Source of the DNA: a virus
Length of the DNA: 59,109 nt
Virus record (IMG/VR): IMGVR_UViG_3300029542_000004
Location: 1-59,109 of that record
Reading direction: 5' to 3' (one strand)
Shown in pieces: positions 33,427-42,040 of the stretch. The stretch's first letter is position 1; the number at the start of each line of letters is the position of its first letter. The notes under the pieces were generated by a model. It was not told the origin of the DNA. It saw only the letters and a program-made list of their open reading frames with translations, and made no database searches. The position numbers and the translations under genes were made by a program.

Positions 33427-33687
33427 CTATTCTTGCAAATCTTCAATTTCTTCTTCGGTCGCTTCTCCGTCAATCGTTTCGGTGCAATATCTCCACCCGG
33501 CTTGATAACCATACATTGTGAATTTTTTGCCACATTTATCACAAGTGTATGTGTTAGTATCTTCGGTATAGCAATCGACATGATCATCACCTATGTATGT
33601 ATCTTCATAAGACGGCTCGTATTCTTCGCCACAATAGGGACAGATGATATTCTCGCCATCTTCTTCATTCCAATAACTACTGCTCAT
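33427..33687 (-). CDS. Zinc-ribbon protein
   Basis: CPYCGEEY...CDKCGKKF. The start is at MSSSYW, behind AGGAGAG. Confidence 0.45.
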   Translation of the reverse strand: MSSSYWNEEDGENIICPYCGEEYEPSYEDTYIGDDHVDCYTEDTNTYTCDKCGKKFTMYGYQAGWRYCTETIDGEATEEEIEDLQE

Positions 33688-33695
33688 ATTCTCTC

Positions 33696-34298
33696 CTATT
33701 CTGCTTCTGATTGAAGCCAATCAGATATGCATTTCTTGCACATCCCAACATCCGCATGACATTCGTCTTTATGCATAACTTCAAGGCAGCTATCAAATAA
33801 TGTATCTGCTAATTCTTCATCCGACATATTCCTTATCTTGTCGGCATTGGTCTGTTTATCGCTTTCCACAATTTCAAAATATGTATCAATGTAACCTAAT
33901 ACAGTTTTTAAATCGTAAGAACTATATCCGATAGAATAATCCTTTTTGCCAATCTGTCTGTACTTCAATTCATAATAAGGCTTATTGTTCAGCATTCGCG
34001 CGATTATTTCTAAGCTGTTTACCCTAGCCTTATTTATCTTTGCTGTTCTGCAATCAAATGTGTAACAAGGCTCATCATCTCTTGAATTGCTGTTGTGCTG
34101 GCAGTTACAAGAAATCTTTTCTTCGCTATCATCAAATGCTTTTAAAAACATTTCAGCAATTTCTTTTTCGTATCTATCACACATACCTTTGCAATCAATA
34201 TCTGCGATAACCCTTGAAAAGAAATCTTTGAATTTGTCAGCAATATAATCTCCTGTGAAATCTTTAGGTATGTCAATTACTACTTTCATCTTCTCCAC
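33696..34298 (-). CDS. Hypothetical protein whose C-terminus is paralogous to 41118-41303
   Basis: C-terminus NADKIRNMSDEELAD...CKKCISDWLQSEAE versus NADRIRNMSDEELAE...CNKCKLEWLQSEVE. Confidence 0.45.
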   Translation of the reverse strand: MEKMKVVIDIPKDFTGDYIADKFKDFFSRVIADIDCKGMCDRYEKEIAEMFLKAFDDSEEKISCNCQHNSNSRDDEPCYTFDCRTAKINKARVNSLEIIARMLNNKPYYELKYRQIGKKDYSIGYSSYDLKTVLGYIDTYFEIVESDKQTNADKIRNMSDEELADTLFDSCLEVMHKDECHADVGMCKKCISDWLQSEAE

Positions 34299-34668
34299 CT
34301 CTCAATTCTTTCAGTCTTGATTCTGCTTTTTCCTCTGTAGAAAAATACTTGCAATTTTCCTTGTCAATATCCTCAATCTCGTATATCGCAAGTTCTCTTA
34401 TAGGCCTTTTCATAACCATTGCATACTTAGGATTGTTTATATCAACAATGTAATACACATATTTGCAAGGCAATTTAACAAGTCTGCCATGTTCCTCTAA
34501 CTGCTGATACTCTTTGGATTTTTCAAGCCATTCAGCTAACTGTTCACAATCTTCTGCGCTTTTAATGCAAGCGACACGCATAGGATTATTTATATCAAAG
34601 AAATCTGCGTGGTAACGATGCTTTCTAGCTGATTCTTGCGCACGTTCTATAAATTCATCAATATTCAT
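34273..34668 (-). CDS. Hypothetical protein
   Basis: ORF in operon orientation. Confidence 0.4.
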   Translation of the reverse strand: MNIDEFIERAQESARKHRYHADFFDINNPMRVACIKSAEDCEQLAEWLEKSKEYQQLEEHGRLVKLPCKYVYYIVDINNPKYAMVMKRPIRELAIYEIEDIDKENCKYFSTEEKAESRLKELRGGEDESSN

Positions 34669-35051
34669 TACTGCTCCTTATCCGGAAGCTTAGCCAGTTT
34701 CCATGGTGTACACCTATCGCCACTCCACGATGTTGTTCCATTGCTCCAAGCATAAACTATCCCATTCTCATATTTCGCAAAATACCTTTTAACCCATCTG
34801 TGGTCGTTGCTATCGTTTACCAGTATCGGTGTATCAACTGCAACTTTTGACCAGTCAACAGGCGGTTCAACATATTCACTATTTGCCCATTTTTTTCTTG
34901 CGCCTTTGCAACATTCAGTATAGAATAAACAATCTCTGCACTCTAAGCTGTTGCACGCTATCGGCTCTAATGTTGCTTTGTTAACTGCTAATCTGCCACC
35001 ACTGCAAGCAATATCTAAAATCTGTTCTGCGAATTTCTCTCTATTTGTCAT
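34668..35051 (-). CDS. Hypothetical Cys-rich protein
   Basis: The start is moved to MTNREKF, behind AAAGGAG. Confidence 0.4.
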   Translation of the reverse strand: MTNREKFAEQILDIACSGGRLAVNKATLEPIACNSLECRDCLFYTECCKGARKKWANSEYVEPPVDWSKVAVDTPILVNDSNDHRWVKRYFAKYENGIVYAWSNGTTSWSGDRCTPWKLAKLPDKEQ

Positions 35052-35205
35052 AGTTTTGTACTCCTTTCCCATAATCCGGCATATGTTTAAATCTTTCATA
35101 TGCCTTATTGTCTCTGTGTTTTTCCATGTAGGCTTTTTGCCTATCGTCTCTCATCTGCTTTATGTGAGCATTTTGAGTACTGTCGTTATCCCATGCATAA
35201 GTCAT
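35041..35205 (-). CDS. Small basic protein (54 aa)
   Basis: Hand-translated as MTYAWDNDSTQNAHIKQMRDDRQKAYMEKHRD... TAATG coupling with the upstream gene. Confidence 0.3.
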   Translation of the reverse strand: MTYAWDNDSTQNAHIKQMRDDRQKAYMEKHRDNKAYERFKHMPDYGKGVQNYDK

Positions 35206-35816
35206 TAATCAATCACCTTTATGTGCCTTTCGTCAACGTAATTAACTTCATCGGCAAGGCATTGCGCCACCTTTGGCAATGTCAGACCAAATTGATTAAA
35301 TTTATACAACGTGTCGATTAAATCCCTAAATTCTGCGATAAACTCTTTAATTTCCTTAACCGACAATTTAAACATCAGCTTAAGTGCCGTACACGCTAAA
35401 GCCATGTAGCTGTATGCCGTGTCATTTAAAAGCTGTCTCGTGTCGTTTATCGTAAGTGGATTATTTCTCTGATAAATCCTAATCAACTGTTGCATCGGGA
35501 TTAAATTAATCTCTTTCTGTACATCAATGCCGTATCTCACTTTCAAAAGTTCAGCAAGCGTTTCAGTTTTCATTTCATTTTCAGCCTGTGCTCTTTCAAG
35601 GTACTCATTTATGGTTCTTTCAAGCCTTACAATGCGCTTATTGCCAAATCCATGGTGCAAGTACAGTACATAGTAGCCTAAGTCCATAAAGTCTGTGAAA
35701 GACCGCCCTACGAGCTTCCTACGGTTATTGCTGCTTTTCAGCGTAATTTTTTCTGATTTTGTCCATGTAAAATCCGGCTCTTTGTGCTTTTTCTTTGGCT
35801 TTATTTTGTTGCTCAT
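35205..35816 (-). CDS. Hypothetical protein
   Basis: 203-aa ORF. The start is uncertain because it overlaps 35725-36018 by 92 nt. Confidence 0.4.
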   Translation of the reverse strand: MSNKIKPKKKHKEPDFTWTKSEKITLKSSNNRRKLVGRSFTDFMDLGYYVLYLHHGFGNKRIVRLERTINEYLERAQAENEMKTETLAELLKVRYGIDVQKEINLIPMQQLIRIYQRNNPLTINDTRQLLNDTAYSYMALACTALKLMFKLSVKEIKEFIAEFRDLIDTLYKFNQFGLTLPKVAQCLADEVNYVDERHIKVID

Positions 35817-36018
35817 ATTTCTTCATTCTTTCTTCAAGTTCTCGTTTTGTCCTGATAAAACAGGCTTCGGTAGTTTCTTCTGTGACTTTTACAAGTTCTT
35901 TACCGCGCCACCGGATAGTTATTTTTGCTTCCTTGCTATTTGTCTTGTAGAACATTCGCAAGTCATATTTTCTTTGCAGTGGTCGGTAAAACTCGTAAAA
36001 ATCTTTCAAGGTGTCCAT
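35725..36018 (-). CDS. Hypothetical basic protein
   Basis: ORF in operon orientation. Confidence 0.4.
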   Translation of the reverse strand: MDTLKDFYEFYRPLQRKYDLRMFYKTNSKEAKITIRWRGKELVKVTEETTEACFIRTKRELEERMKKYEQQNKAKEKAQRAGFYMDKIRKNYAEKQQ

Positions 36019-36617
36019 TGTGGACTCCTTTCTTTTATCTTCTGTCGTGCCAAGTTTGCCTTTTCACAAGTTGCATTCTTAACGTTCTGCTGATAGTGTT
36101 TTTCACAGACCTTATATCCGGGCTTTACCGGATTATCACAGAAAAAACATAGTCCTTGTTCATACCTGCCAGTTCTTTCAGGCATTTTAACTCGTGCTCT
36201 TCTCATTGTTTCTCTGCAAAATGTGCAAGTGGTATGTCCTGGGTCTGCTTTCCTTTTACGGCAGCGTGTGCATATGCCATTCTCCTTATCTTTTTCGTAT
36301 CGTGCTTTTCGCCATGCTTTTTGTCGCTCATTGTATTTTTCAACATCAGCAGAACGTATCTTTGACATGGTTTCTGCTGATTTCGCCCTACACTCAACAC
36401 AACTTTTTTCGTCACCATACAACAAGTTCTTGCCACATCTAGGGCAAACACCAACCGCCTGTAATTTTTTATAAAGCTCTCGTCCATATGCTGTCTGACT
36501 GTTTTTACATGCCGTACAAACCACACCTTCTCTGTCAAGCGGTTTCCCGCAATGCACACAAAGGTTACTGGCTTTCCGCTCCTCATATCTCCGTCTGGAA
36601 TACTTATCTTTTATCAT
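36006..36617 (-). CDS. Multi-zinc-ribbon protein (repeated CxxC pairs)
   Basis: At least five CxxC...CxxC units: CVHCG/CTAC, CPRCG/CVEC, CTRC/CTFC, CFFC/CEKH. Confidence 0.5.
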   Translation of the reverse strand: MIKDKYSRRRYEERKASNLCVHCGKPLDREGVVCTACKNSQTAYGRELYKKLQAVGVCPRCGKNLLYGDEKSCVECRAKSAETMSKIRSADVEKYNERQKAWRKARYEKDKENGICTRCRKRKADPGHTTCTFCRETMRRARVKMPERTGRYEQGLCFFCDNPVKPGYKVCEKHYQQNVKNATCEKANLARQKIKERSPQWTP

Positions 36618-36670
36618 TTTTCGCTAGGAGTAAAGCCAGCTTTAATTGTGCGCACAAACCTCTTTACCTC

Positions 36671-37321
36671 CTATCTTTTCATCTGCTCGATACGTTCCTT
36701 AATTTCTTTTGGCATTGGAATACCTTTAATTGGCTTATTTTGGCTTTTATTATCTTCTAACGATAATTTTATCGCCTCACGATTTTTAGTGCCAATTTGA
36801 GCCGAGTACGAGCTTCTATTGGTGTTTTCAATCAATGTCTTTATATCCTTTGGCATTTTTTGATATTCCTTTGCTCGATTAACAACTACCCTATAAGTCC
36901 TCATAAAGTTCGACTGCACTACGTTTTCAATGCTCTTGCTGTCTGTCAGCGCCCAATTCCGCAAGTTATCTGGACTCCCGACAGTCTTTTGCACGAGTGG
37001 TGGTAACTTGTTAAATTCTTCAACTGCACCATAATAGCCATTTCGTATTGCCCTGCTAACAAGGAACCATGCTTCCATCTCGTTTAGTTCCTGTGGATTC
37101 TGAATGGTGTATATTGTATTTATCAACTGCCCTATGCTTGGTGCAAAACCACTTGTATCGGATGTTATGTAGGCTCTCAAACCCATTTGCACAACGTTGT
37201 AATCCATATCCTTAAGCATCGTATACCACGTATCAACTGCCACTGTTTTATCCGGTGGTTTAAAATTCGGATATGCCGACTGGATAACCATTAAGAGTTT
37301 AATTGTTTCATCTCTTGTCAT
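36671..37321 (-). CDS. Helicase loader (SPP1 G39P-like)
   Basis: N-terminus TRDETIKLLMVIQSAYPNFKP...TVAVDTWYTMLKDMDY resembles the loader/inhibitor of G40P family. TAATG coupling to the organizer gene. Confidence 0.55.
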   Translation of the reverse strand: MTRDETIKLLMVIQSAYPNFKPPDKTVAVDTWYTMLKDMDYNVVQMGLRAYITSDTSGFAPSIGQLINTIYTIQNPQELNEMEAWFLVSRAIRNGYYGAVEEFNKLPPLVQKTVGSPDNLRNWALTDSKSIENVVQSNFMRTYRVVVNRAKEYQKMPKDIKTLIENTNRSSYSAQIGTKNREAIKLSLEDNKSQNKPIKGIPMPKEIKERIEQMKR

Positions 37322-38010
37322 TAAGCATTTCTCCATTCATCAAACACATTTTCTTTATTTTCCTGTTTTCGACTTCTTTCCCAGGTCCGGACTGCTGCTT
37401 TCCAGTCTTTCATTTTGTTTTTGCCAATCATCCAGCCTTTGGATTCATAAAAATCAATAAATGATTGAGCATCAATGTTATTGTTTCTCTCAATGCAGTA
37501 CTGCTCGACTTCTTCAACACTTGGGGGGATAAAGCGTTTTGCTTTTTCCCCTCTCACACTCTCCCCTTTACTATCCTTAACTATACTATCCTCTCCTAAC
37601 CTAACCTTACCTATACTATTCTTACCTACGGATACATCTTGTATACACTTTGTATACATCTTGCTTTCGTCAAGCGTGTATGCTTTGTTTTTCTTGACTC
37701 CAAGCATGGATTTTTCGTCTACATAATCAGTAGGTCTGTATCTGTCGGACTGTATGTAATTGTGCATTTTCCAGTGCTTAATAACGATAATTCCGCTTTC
37801 AAATAAGATTACAAACGATTTTGCAATCAACAGTTTAAAATCATCATCACTAGCACCGCACATTCGCTGTATTTTCTTGGGATTATTAACAAATCCATCA
37901 TCGTCAGCATTCATAGATAGGTGAAAGTAAAGCATTTGAGTACTGCTCGGCATATCGAGAAAAGCGTCACTTTCAGTTATTTTCTTAGCAAACATTCTAC
38001 GTTCTGCCAT
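37321..38010 (-). CDS. Phage replisome organizer
   Basis: N-terminus MFAKKITESDAFLDMPSSTQMLYFHLSMNADDDGFV is a replisome organizer N-domain. C-terminus AQSFIDFYESKGWMIGKNKMKDWKAAVRTW. Confidence 0.75.
   Translation of the reverse strand: MAERRMFAKKITESDAFLDMPSSTQMLYFHLSMNADDDGFVNNPKKIQRMCGASDDDFKLLIAKSFVILFESGIIVIKHWKMHNYIQSDRYRPTDYVDEKSMLGVKKNKAYTLDESKMYTKCIQDVSVGKNSIGKVRLGEDSIVKDSKGESVRGEKAKRFIPPSVEEVEQYCIERNNNIDAQSFIDFYESKGWMIGKNKMKDWKAAVRTWERSRKQENKENVFDEWRNA
37571..37660. repeat. Origin-type iteron block, copy A (inside the organizer gene linker)
   Basis: CTATACT and CTTACCT repeats followed by GGATACA / TGTATACA / TGTATACA. Their ATACA cores start at 37632, 37643 and 37654, 11 nt apart. 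Confidence 0.55.
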
Positions 38011-38014
38011 TTAA

Positions 38015-38293
38015 TTAATCTCCTATTTTCTTCAAGTTTCGCCCTTGTTTGAATTTCACCCATTCTTCAATCTCAACATTGGTTACGGCAAAAATCTGTT
38101 TCAAAATTTCCAAACAGATAATTACATCTGCCATTTCCTCAACAAGATTGCTCCTGTCACCTATACCTCTAATTTCCTTGCTGATTGCCTGTGACAGCTC
38201 GGAAAGCTCTTCCATGCATACCACCGACTGCATTCCCTCGCCATAATGCTTTATGCTTTTGGAAACTATTGATTTATCAACATTAATCTCCAT
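38015..38293 (-). CDS. MazG-like nucleotide pyrophosphohydrolase
   Basis: MEELSELSQAISK...LVEEMADVIICLE shows the EExxE..D pattern. Confidence 0.6.
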   Translation of the reverse strand: MEINVDKSIVSKSIKHYGEGMQSVVCMEELSELSQAISKEIRGIGDRSNLVEEMADVIICLEILKQIFAVTNVEIEEWVKFKQGRNLKKIGD

Positions 38294-38315
38294 TTTTATT
38301 TCCTTTCTTTGGTTT

Positions 38316-38507
38316 TTAGTCAACTTTCAAAACTTCTTTCATAGCATTAGCCATATCACAGATACCCTTGATATAGCCGATAGTAATCGTCTTGTAGCTG
38401 TCATCACATTCGGTAACATTATTGTCCACAAAGTCAGTTACTATGTCGTCAATCAACCTTACGGCATTGTGATTTATTGTGCTTTCGTCAATCTTCATCA
38501 TTGCCAC
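38316..38507 (-). CDS. Hypothetical protein
   Basis: ORF in operon orientation. Confidence 0.4.
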   Translation of the reverse strand: MAMMKIDESTINHNAVRLIDDIVTDFVDNNVTECDDSYKTITIGYIKGICDMANAMKEVLKVD

Positions 38508-39093
38508 CTACTTTCAATAAATCCATAAACTTCTCATACTGCTTCTGCGACACCTTGTTATTAGCTTTATCTTCTCTCAATTCGATTTTAAGGTGCTTTT
38601 CCACTATATTGGATAATTCCCTTGCAAGGTTCTTTCTGCCCTGCTGTATGCCCTGTAAATAGCCTTTGGGTGCTTTTCTCTCGCCTATTGAACCACTATC
38701 ACGATTTCCACCCTGTCCGCCAATGCTAACATTTCTAAGCTGATAGCCTTTGTCAGCATATAGCTTGATGTAATACTTCTCCTTTTCGTCAAGCTGACTT
38801 TCGGGAAAATTCAGAAATTCAACTCTCCAGCCATAAGGATTTTTCTCTTTGTCGTACAGCTTGTGTTTGCGTAAACTAAGGTCTATGTGCTGTTCGTAGC
38901 CTACAAGGTGGCTTGCCAATCTGCTAAGTGTATGTACCGCCTGTCCGATATACGCATACTTAAATCCGTTTTCATCTTCTCGGAGTAGGAAGTATATCCC
39001 GCTTTTGTCATTCAGTTTTGGATTGAGCTTCAATAGTCGCTTTTTATTTTCCTGTTCTATTGCCTTGGCTCTTGCTATGTTCTGATAATTCAA
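38488..39093 (-). CDS. GIY-YIG nuclease-domain protein
   Basis: SGIYFLL...YAYIGQA...EKYYIKLY...YQLRN. Confidence 0.6.
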   Translation of the reverse strand: MNYQNIARAKAIEQENKKRLLKLNPKLNDKSGIYFLLREDENGFKYAYIGQAVHTLSRLASHLVGYEQHIDLSLRKHKLYDKEKNPYGWRVEFLNFPESQLDEKEKYYIKLYADKGYQLRNVSIGGQGGNRDSGSIGERKAPKGYLQGIQQGRKNLARELSNIVEKHLKIELREDKANNKVSQKQYEKFMDLLKVGGNDED

Positions 39094-39398
39094 GAGTTGC
39101 CACCTGCCTTTACTATTTCCACAGCTTCTTCAAAACACTCATCTATCAAAGCTTGAAAACCAGGTGCCATAAATCTAAATCCCGGTATTCTTTTTATTGC
39201 CAAATCAAGTGCAGTCTTTGAAGTCAACTTTAATTGTTCCACAACTTTGTCTACATCATAAGCGGTCGGCTGATTATTCAGCCATGCTTTAACGATACAA
39301 TTGTTACAGTATTCGCCTTTTTGCAATTTAGGACACAACGCATTGCAATAATTCTTCATTGCTGTGCTTCTGCTTATTAAATCACTCATTCTTACCAC
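39090..39398 (-). CDS. Hypothetical protein (paralogue pair A)
   Basis: Shares QPTAYDVDKVVEQL and EIVKAGG with 39382-39615. Confidence 0.4.
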   Translation of the reverse strand: MVRMSDLISRSTAMKNYCNALCPKLQKGEYCNNCIVKAWLNNQPTAYDVDKVVEQLKLTSKTALDLAIKRIPGFRFMAPGFQALIDECFEEAVEIVKAGGNS

Positions 39399-39615
39399 CT
39401 GCCTTCACTATCTCGATTGCCTTATCAATCCACTTAACATCAGCGTTCATATTCTCATATAGCATATAAGCCTTAGTTTCTTCTAACTGCTCCACAACCT
39501 TGTCTACATCGTAGGCGGTCGGCTGTGCATCCACAAAATCAAGAATCGCTTTCATCTGGCTTTTGTTATAGTGCTGCTCCTGAAAATTTAAGTCATCTGC
39601 GTCAATTAATCTCAT
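39382..39615 (-). CDS. Hypothetical protein (paralogue pair A)
   Basis: See 39090-39398. Confidence 0.4.
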   Translation of the reverse strand: MRLIDADDLNFQEQHYNKSQMKAILDFVDAQPTAYDVDKVVEQLEETKAYMLYENMNADVKWIDKAIEIVKAGGKNE

Positions 39616-39908
39616 TCTTCATCGCTCCAATCTAATTTTTGACCGCAATTCATGCAATGAAAGCAGAAAGTCTTATTATCAGCCGGTATTCTGTCTGTCA
39701 AAATTTCTCCACATGTCGGGCAGCACAAGTACTTCTCTTCCAAATCTTCAAAATACTGCTTCATGATAGGTTTCTTGGGTATCTGTTTTTCAAGCGCATG
39801 TATTGCCACATCTAAAGCCTCGGCTCTTTTTTGCGGAATAATACCGCCTCTCGGTCTTATTCCATGTAGTTCCTTAATTGCTTCGCTCTCTTCCATATTA
39901 TTCCTCAC
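39612..39908 (-). CDS. Zinc-ribbon protein (paralogue pair B)
   Basis: Shares DVAI(H/Q)ALEK, QIPKKP and C..CGQK(L/I)DWS with 39898-40296. Confidence 0.4.
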   Translation of the reverse strand: MRNNMEESEAIKELHGIRPRGGIIPQKRAEALDVAIHALEKQIPKKPIMKQYFEDLEEKYLCCPTCGEILTDRIPADNKTFCFHCMNCGQKLDWSDEE

Positions 39909-40296
39909 TTTCTTCTGACCAATCTATTTTCTGACCACAATTATCACAATATTTCTGCTTATCAAATAAACCTTTCCCATTGCAACAAGGACATAAAGCA
40001 AATTCTTTATCTTCTGTAAAATCCGGTTTCTTCGGTATCTGCTTTTCTCTCGCCGTCCGGCACTCTTCCACAGTCCCAATCTTGCGATATTGACGCCAAT
40101 CACTTAATACTTCAAAATAATCGCTTTTCATATCCTGTAATTCTTCCGGCGTACCGATTTCCCGGTACTGTTGTACTTTTTCAAGTGCCTGTATTGCCAC
40201 ATCAACAGCATCGTGCAATACCTGAGAATGTATTTCACCGCCTATTTCTAAATCAAACTGTATTGCTTCTATTGCTTCACTCTCTTTCATACTCAC
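39898..40296 (-). CDS. Zinc-ribbon protein (paralogue pair B)
   Basis: See 39612-39908. Confidence 0.4.
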   Translation of the reverse strand: MSMKESEAIEAIQFDLEIGGEIHSQVLHDAVDVAIQALEKVQQYREIGTPEELQDMKSDYFEVLSDWRQYRKIGTVEECRTAREKQIPKKPDFTEDKEFALCPCCNGKGLFDKQKYCDNCGQKIDWSEESEE

Positions 40297-40302
40297 ACCT
40301 CT

Positions 40303-40734
40303 TTAATTAAATGGTAATCCCTCATCAGCTACGCCATCTGGAATTGACATAAAGCTATCTGAATTAGTATTACCGCCCATAATTCCGTTACTGTTATTGT
40401 TCTGCTGATTAGCACGACTTTCACAAAATTCGTGTTTTTCAACAACACAATCATTAGTGTAGACTTTCTGTCCGTCTTTGTTAGTATAATTGCCTGTCTG
40501 CCATCTGCCCTCAACGATAATCTTAGTTCCCTGATGTAAATACTTCTCTGCAAACTCTCCATTCTTGCCAAATGCGATACAGTTAATAAAGTCTGCTGCC
40601 TGTTCGCCCTCTTTCTTAAAAGCTCTGTCAACAGCTAATGTATATCTTGCTACTGCCATACTTCCGTTTACTGTCTGTGAATATCTAATCTCTGGCTCTC
40701 TAGTCAGTCTCCCACATAGAATTACACGATTCAT
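40303..40734 (-). CDS. ssb: Single-stranded DNA-binding protein
   Basis: MNRVILCGRLTREPEIRY... OB fold, a Gly/Asn linker and an acidic tail DEGLPF. Confidence 0.85.
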   Translation of the reverse strand: MNRVILCGRLTREPEIRYSQTVNGSMAVARYTLAVDRAFKKEGEQAADFINCIAFGKNGEFAEKYLHQGTKIIVEGRWQTGNYTNKDGQKVYTNDCVVEKHEFCESRANQQNNNSNGIMGGNTNSDSFMSIPDGVADEGLPFN

Positions 40735-41109
40735 CTAATTTTCCTCGCTTTCTAATAACTCTGGATTGTCAAATCTGTTGCCGACAACCTCCACTTCAAG
40801 GCTTTTAGTGCTCCATAAATTCCGTTTCGCACCGATAGGTAATTTGGCTGGCTTGACACAATCATATTCATCTCTGACAATATCATTTTCCCAAATCAGC
40901 TTACCATTCTTGTCTTTCAAACCTGTGCATTGGCAGATTGTGGATACATCAACTCTTGGGGCAATATCTGTTGTTATGCAAGTTCCTGTGGAATATTGAA
41001 TCTCCATAATTATCCTGTACAACTTGTCCCTGTTATCGTACACTAAATAACCTTGCACCCATTCTTCATTATCAAGCCTCTTTGCCTTAAATAAATATCT
41101 ATCTTCCAT
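40735..41109 (-). CDS. YopX-family protein (copy 2)
   Basis: MEDRYLFKAKR..EEWVQGY...STICQCTGLKDKNGKLIWENDIV. Confidence 0.65.
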   Translation of the reverse strand: MEDRYLFKAKRLDNEEWVQGYLVYDNRDKLYRIIMEIQYSTGTCITTDIAPRVDVSTICQCTGLKDKNGKLIWENDIVRDEYDCVKPAKLPIGAKRNLWSTKSLEVEVVGNRFDNPELLESEEN

Positions 41110-41117
41110 ATTCTCTC

Positions 41118-41303
41118 CTATTCCACTTCTGATTGAAGCCATTCGAGTTTACATTTATTGCAATCATAATCATGCCAACCATGAATGCATTCATCGTATG
41201 GGTCTTTCATGTATGGACAAGGCATCGACTCCGCCAACTCTTCATCCGACATATTCCTTATTCTGTCGGCATTGGTGTGTCTGTTATCTGTTAATCTCTC
41301 CAT
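41118..41303 (-). CDS. Small Cys/His protein
   Basis: Paralogous to the C-terminus of 33696-34298. Confidence 0.45.
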   Translation of the reverse strand: MERLTDNRHTNADRIRNMSDEELAESMPCPYMKDPYDECIHGWHDYDCNKCKLEWLQSEVE

Positions 41304-41419
41304 TACTGCTCCTTTCCACTTTTAATTATTTTCAACTTTTCTCCTCATCACTGATTCAAAGCATGTATTTCTGTTCTGTATTAGGATATTTTTCCTTTTC
41401 AGAATTATATATTTATTAT

Positions 41420-41710
41420 TTACATCTTGATTTTATATACCCTAATTGGTTGTCCTTCGCTTTTATCGCTTTCTTGTGGGTAATATGTATTACCAATCCA
41501 TTCAAATTTTAAATATACTAATTCAAAATCATTTTTTTCAATGCTGCAGTTTTTAGGCAATCCATGAAAAATTTTACTATGGTTAAAACAAGCCTCTACA
41601 TCATTGTCCTTATACCAATTCATATTTATCAAAAATTGTGTTTTATCATTACTGATACCGCTATAAAAGTTTCTCATTCGCAGCTCCAATCTGTCCAAAT
41701 CTTCTACCAT
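41420..41710 (-). CDS. Hypothetical protein
   Basis: ORF in operon orientation. Confidence 0.4.
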   Translation of the reverse strand: MVEDLDRLELRMRNFYSGISNDKTQFLINMNWYKDNDVEACFNHSKIFHGLPKNCSIEKNDFELVYLKFEWIGNTYYPQESDKSEGQPIRVYKIKM

Positions 41711-41802
41711 ATTGGGTAATAATTTCCTTTATCATCCGCAACCCAATAACCTGTGCTCCAAGTGTCAGTTAATGGGTCGTATACTTTTCTGCCTTTAATC
41801 AT
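41704..41802 (-). CDS. 32-aa peptide (putative)
   Basis: Hand-translated as MIKGRKVYDPLTDTWSTGYWVADDKGNYYPIW. Overlaps both neighbouring genes. Confidence 0.25.
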   Translation of the reverse strand: MIKGRKVYDPLTDTWSTGYWVADDKGNYYPIW

Positions 41803-42028
41803 TCTTAGCCTTTCTTCTCATAACTAACTCAAAATCTGTCTCTGGATATGTAATAGAATACTCTTGTTTTCCCTCCATATTCGCCATGAACCATTCAAAT
41901 ACAGAAGCTATTGCACTATCTGTTATATCTGTTTTCTGCCCTATCCACATGTGCTTATCCGTATCTAGGGTTCCGTAATAAATCCGGTTAGTAAGAGGAC
42001 TTACTCCTGTTCCTTTCTTTTTAGCCAT
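41795..42028 (-). CDS. Hypothetical protein
   Basis: ORF in operon orientation. Confidence 0.4.
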   Translation of the reverse strand: MAKKKGTGVSPLTNRIYYGTLDTDKHMWIGQKTDITDSAIASVFEWFMANMEGKQEYSITYPETDFELVMRRKAKND

Positions 42029-42040
42029 ATATTCTCCTTT

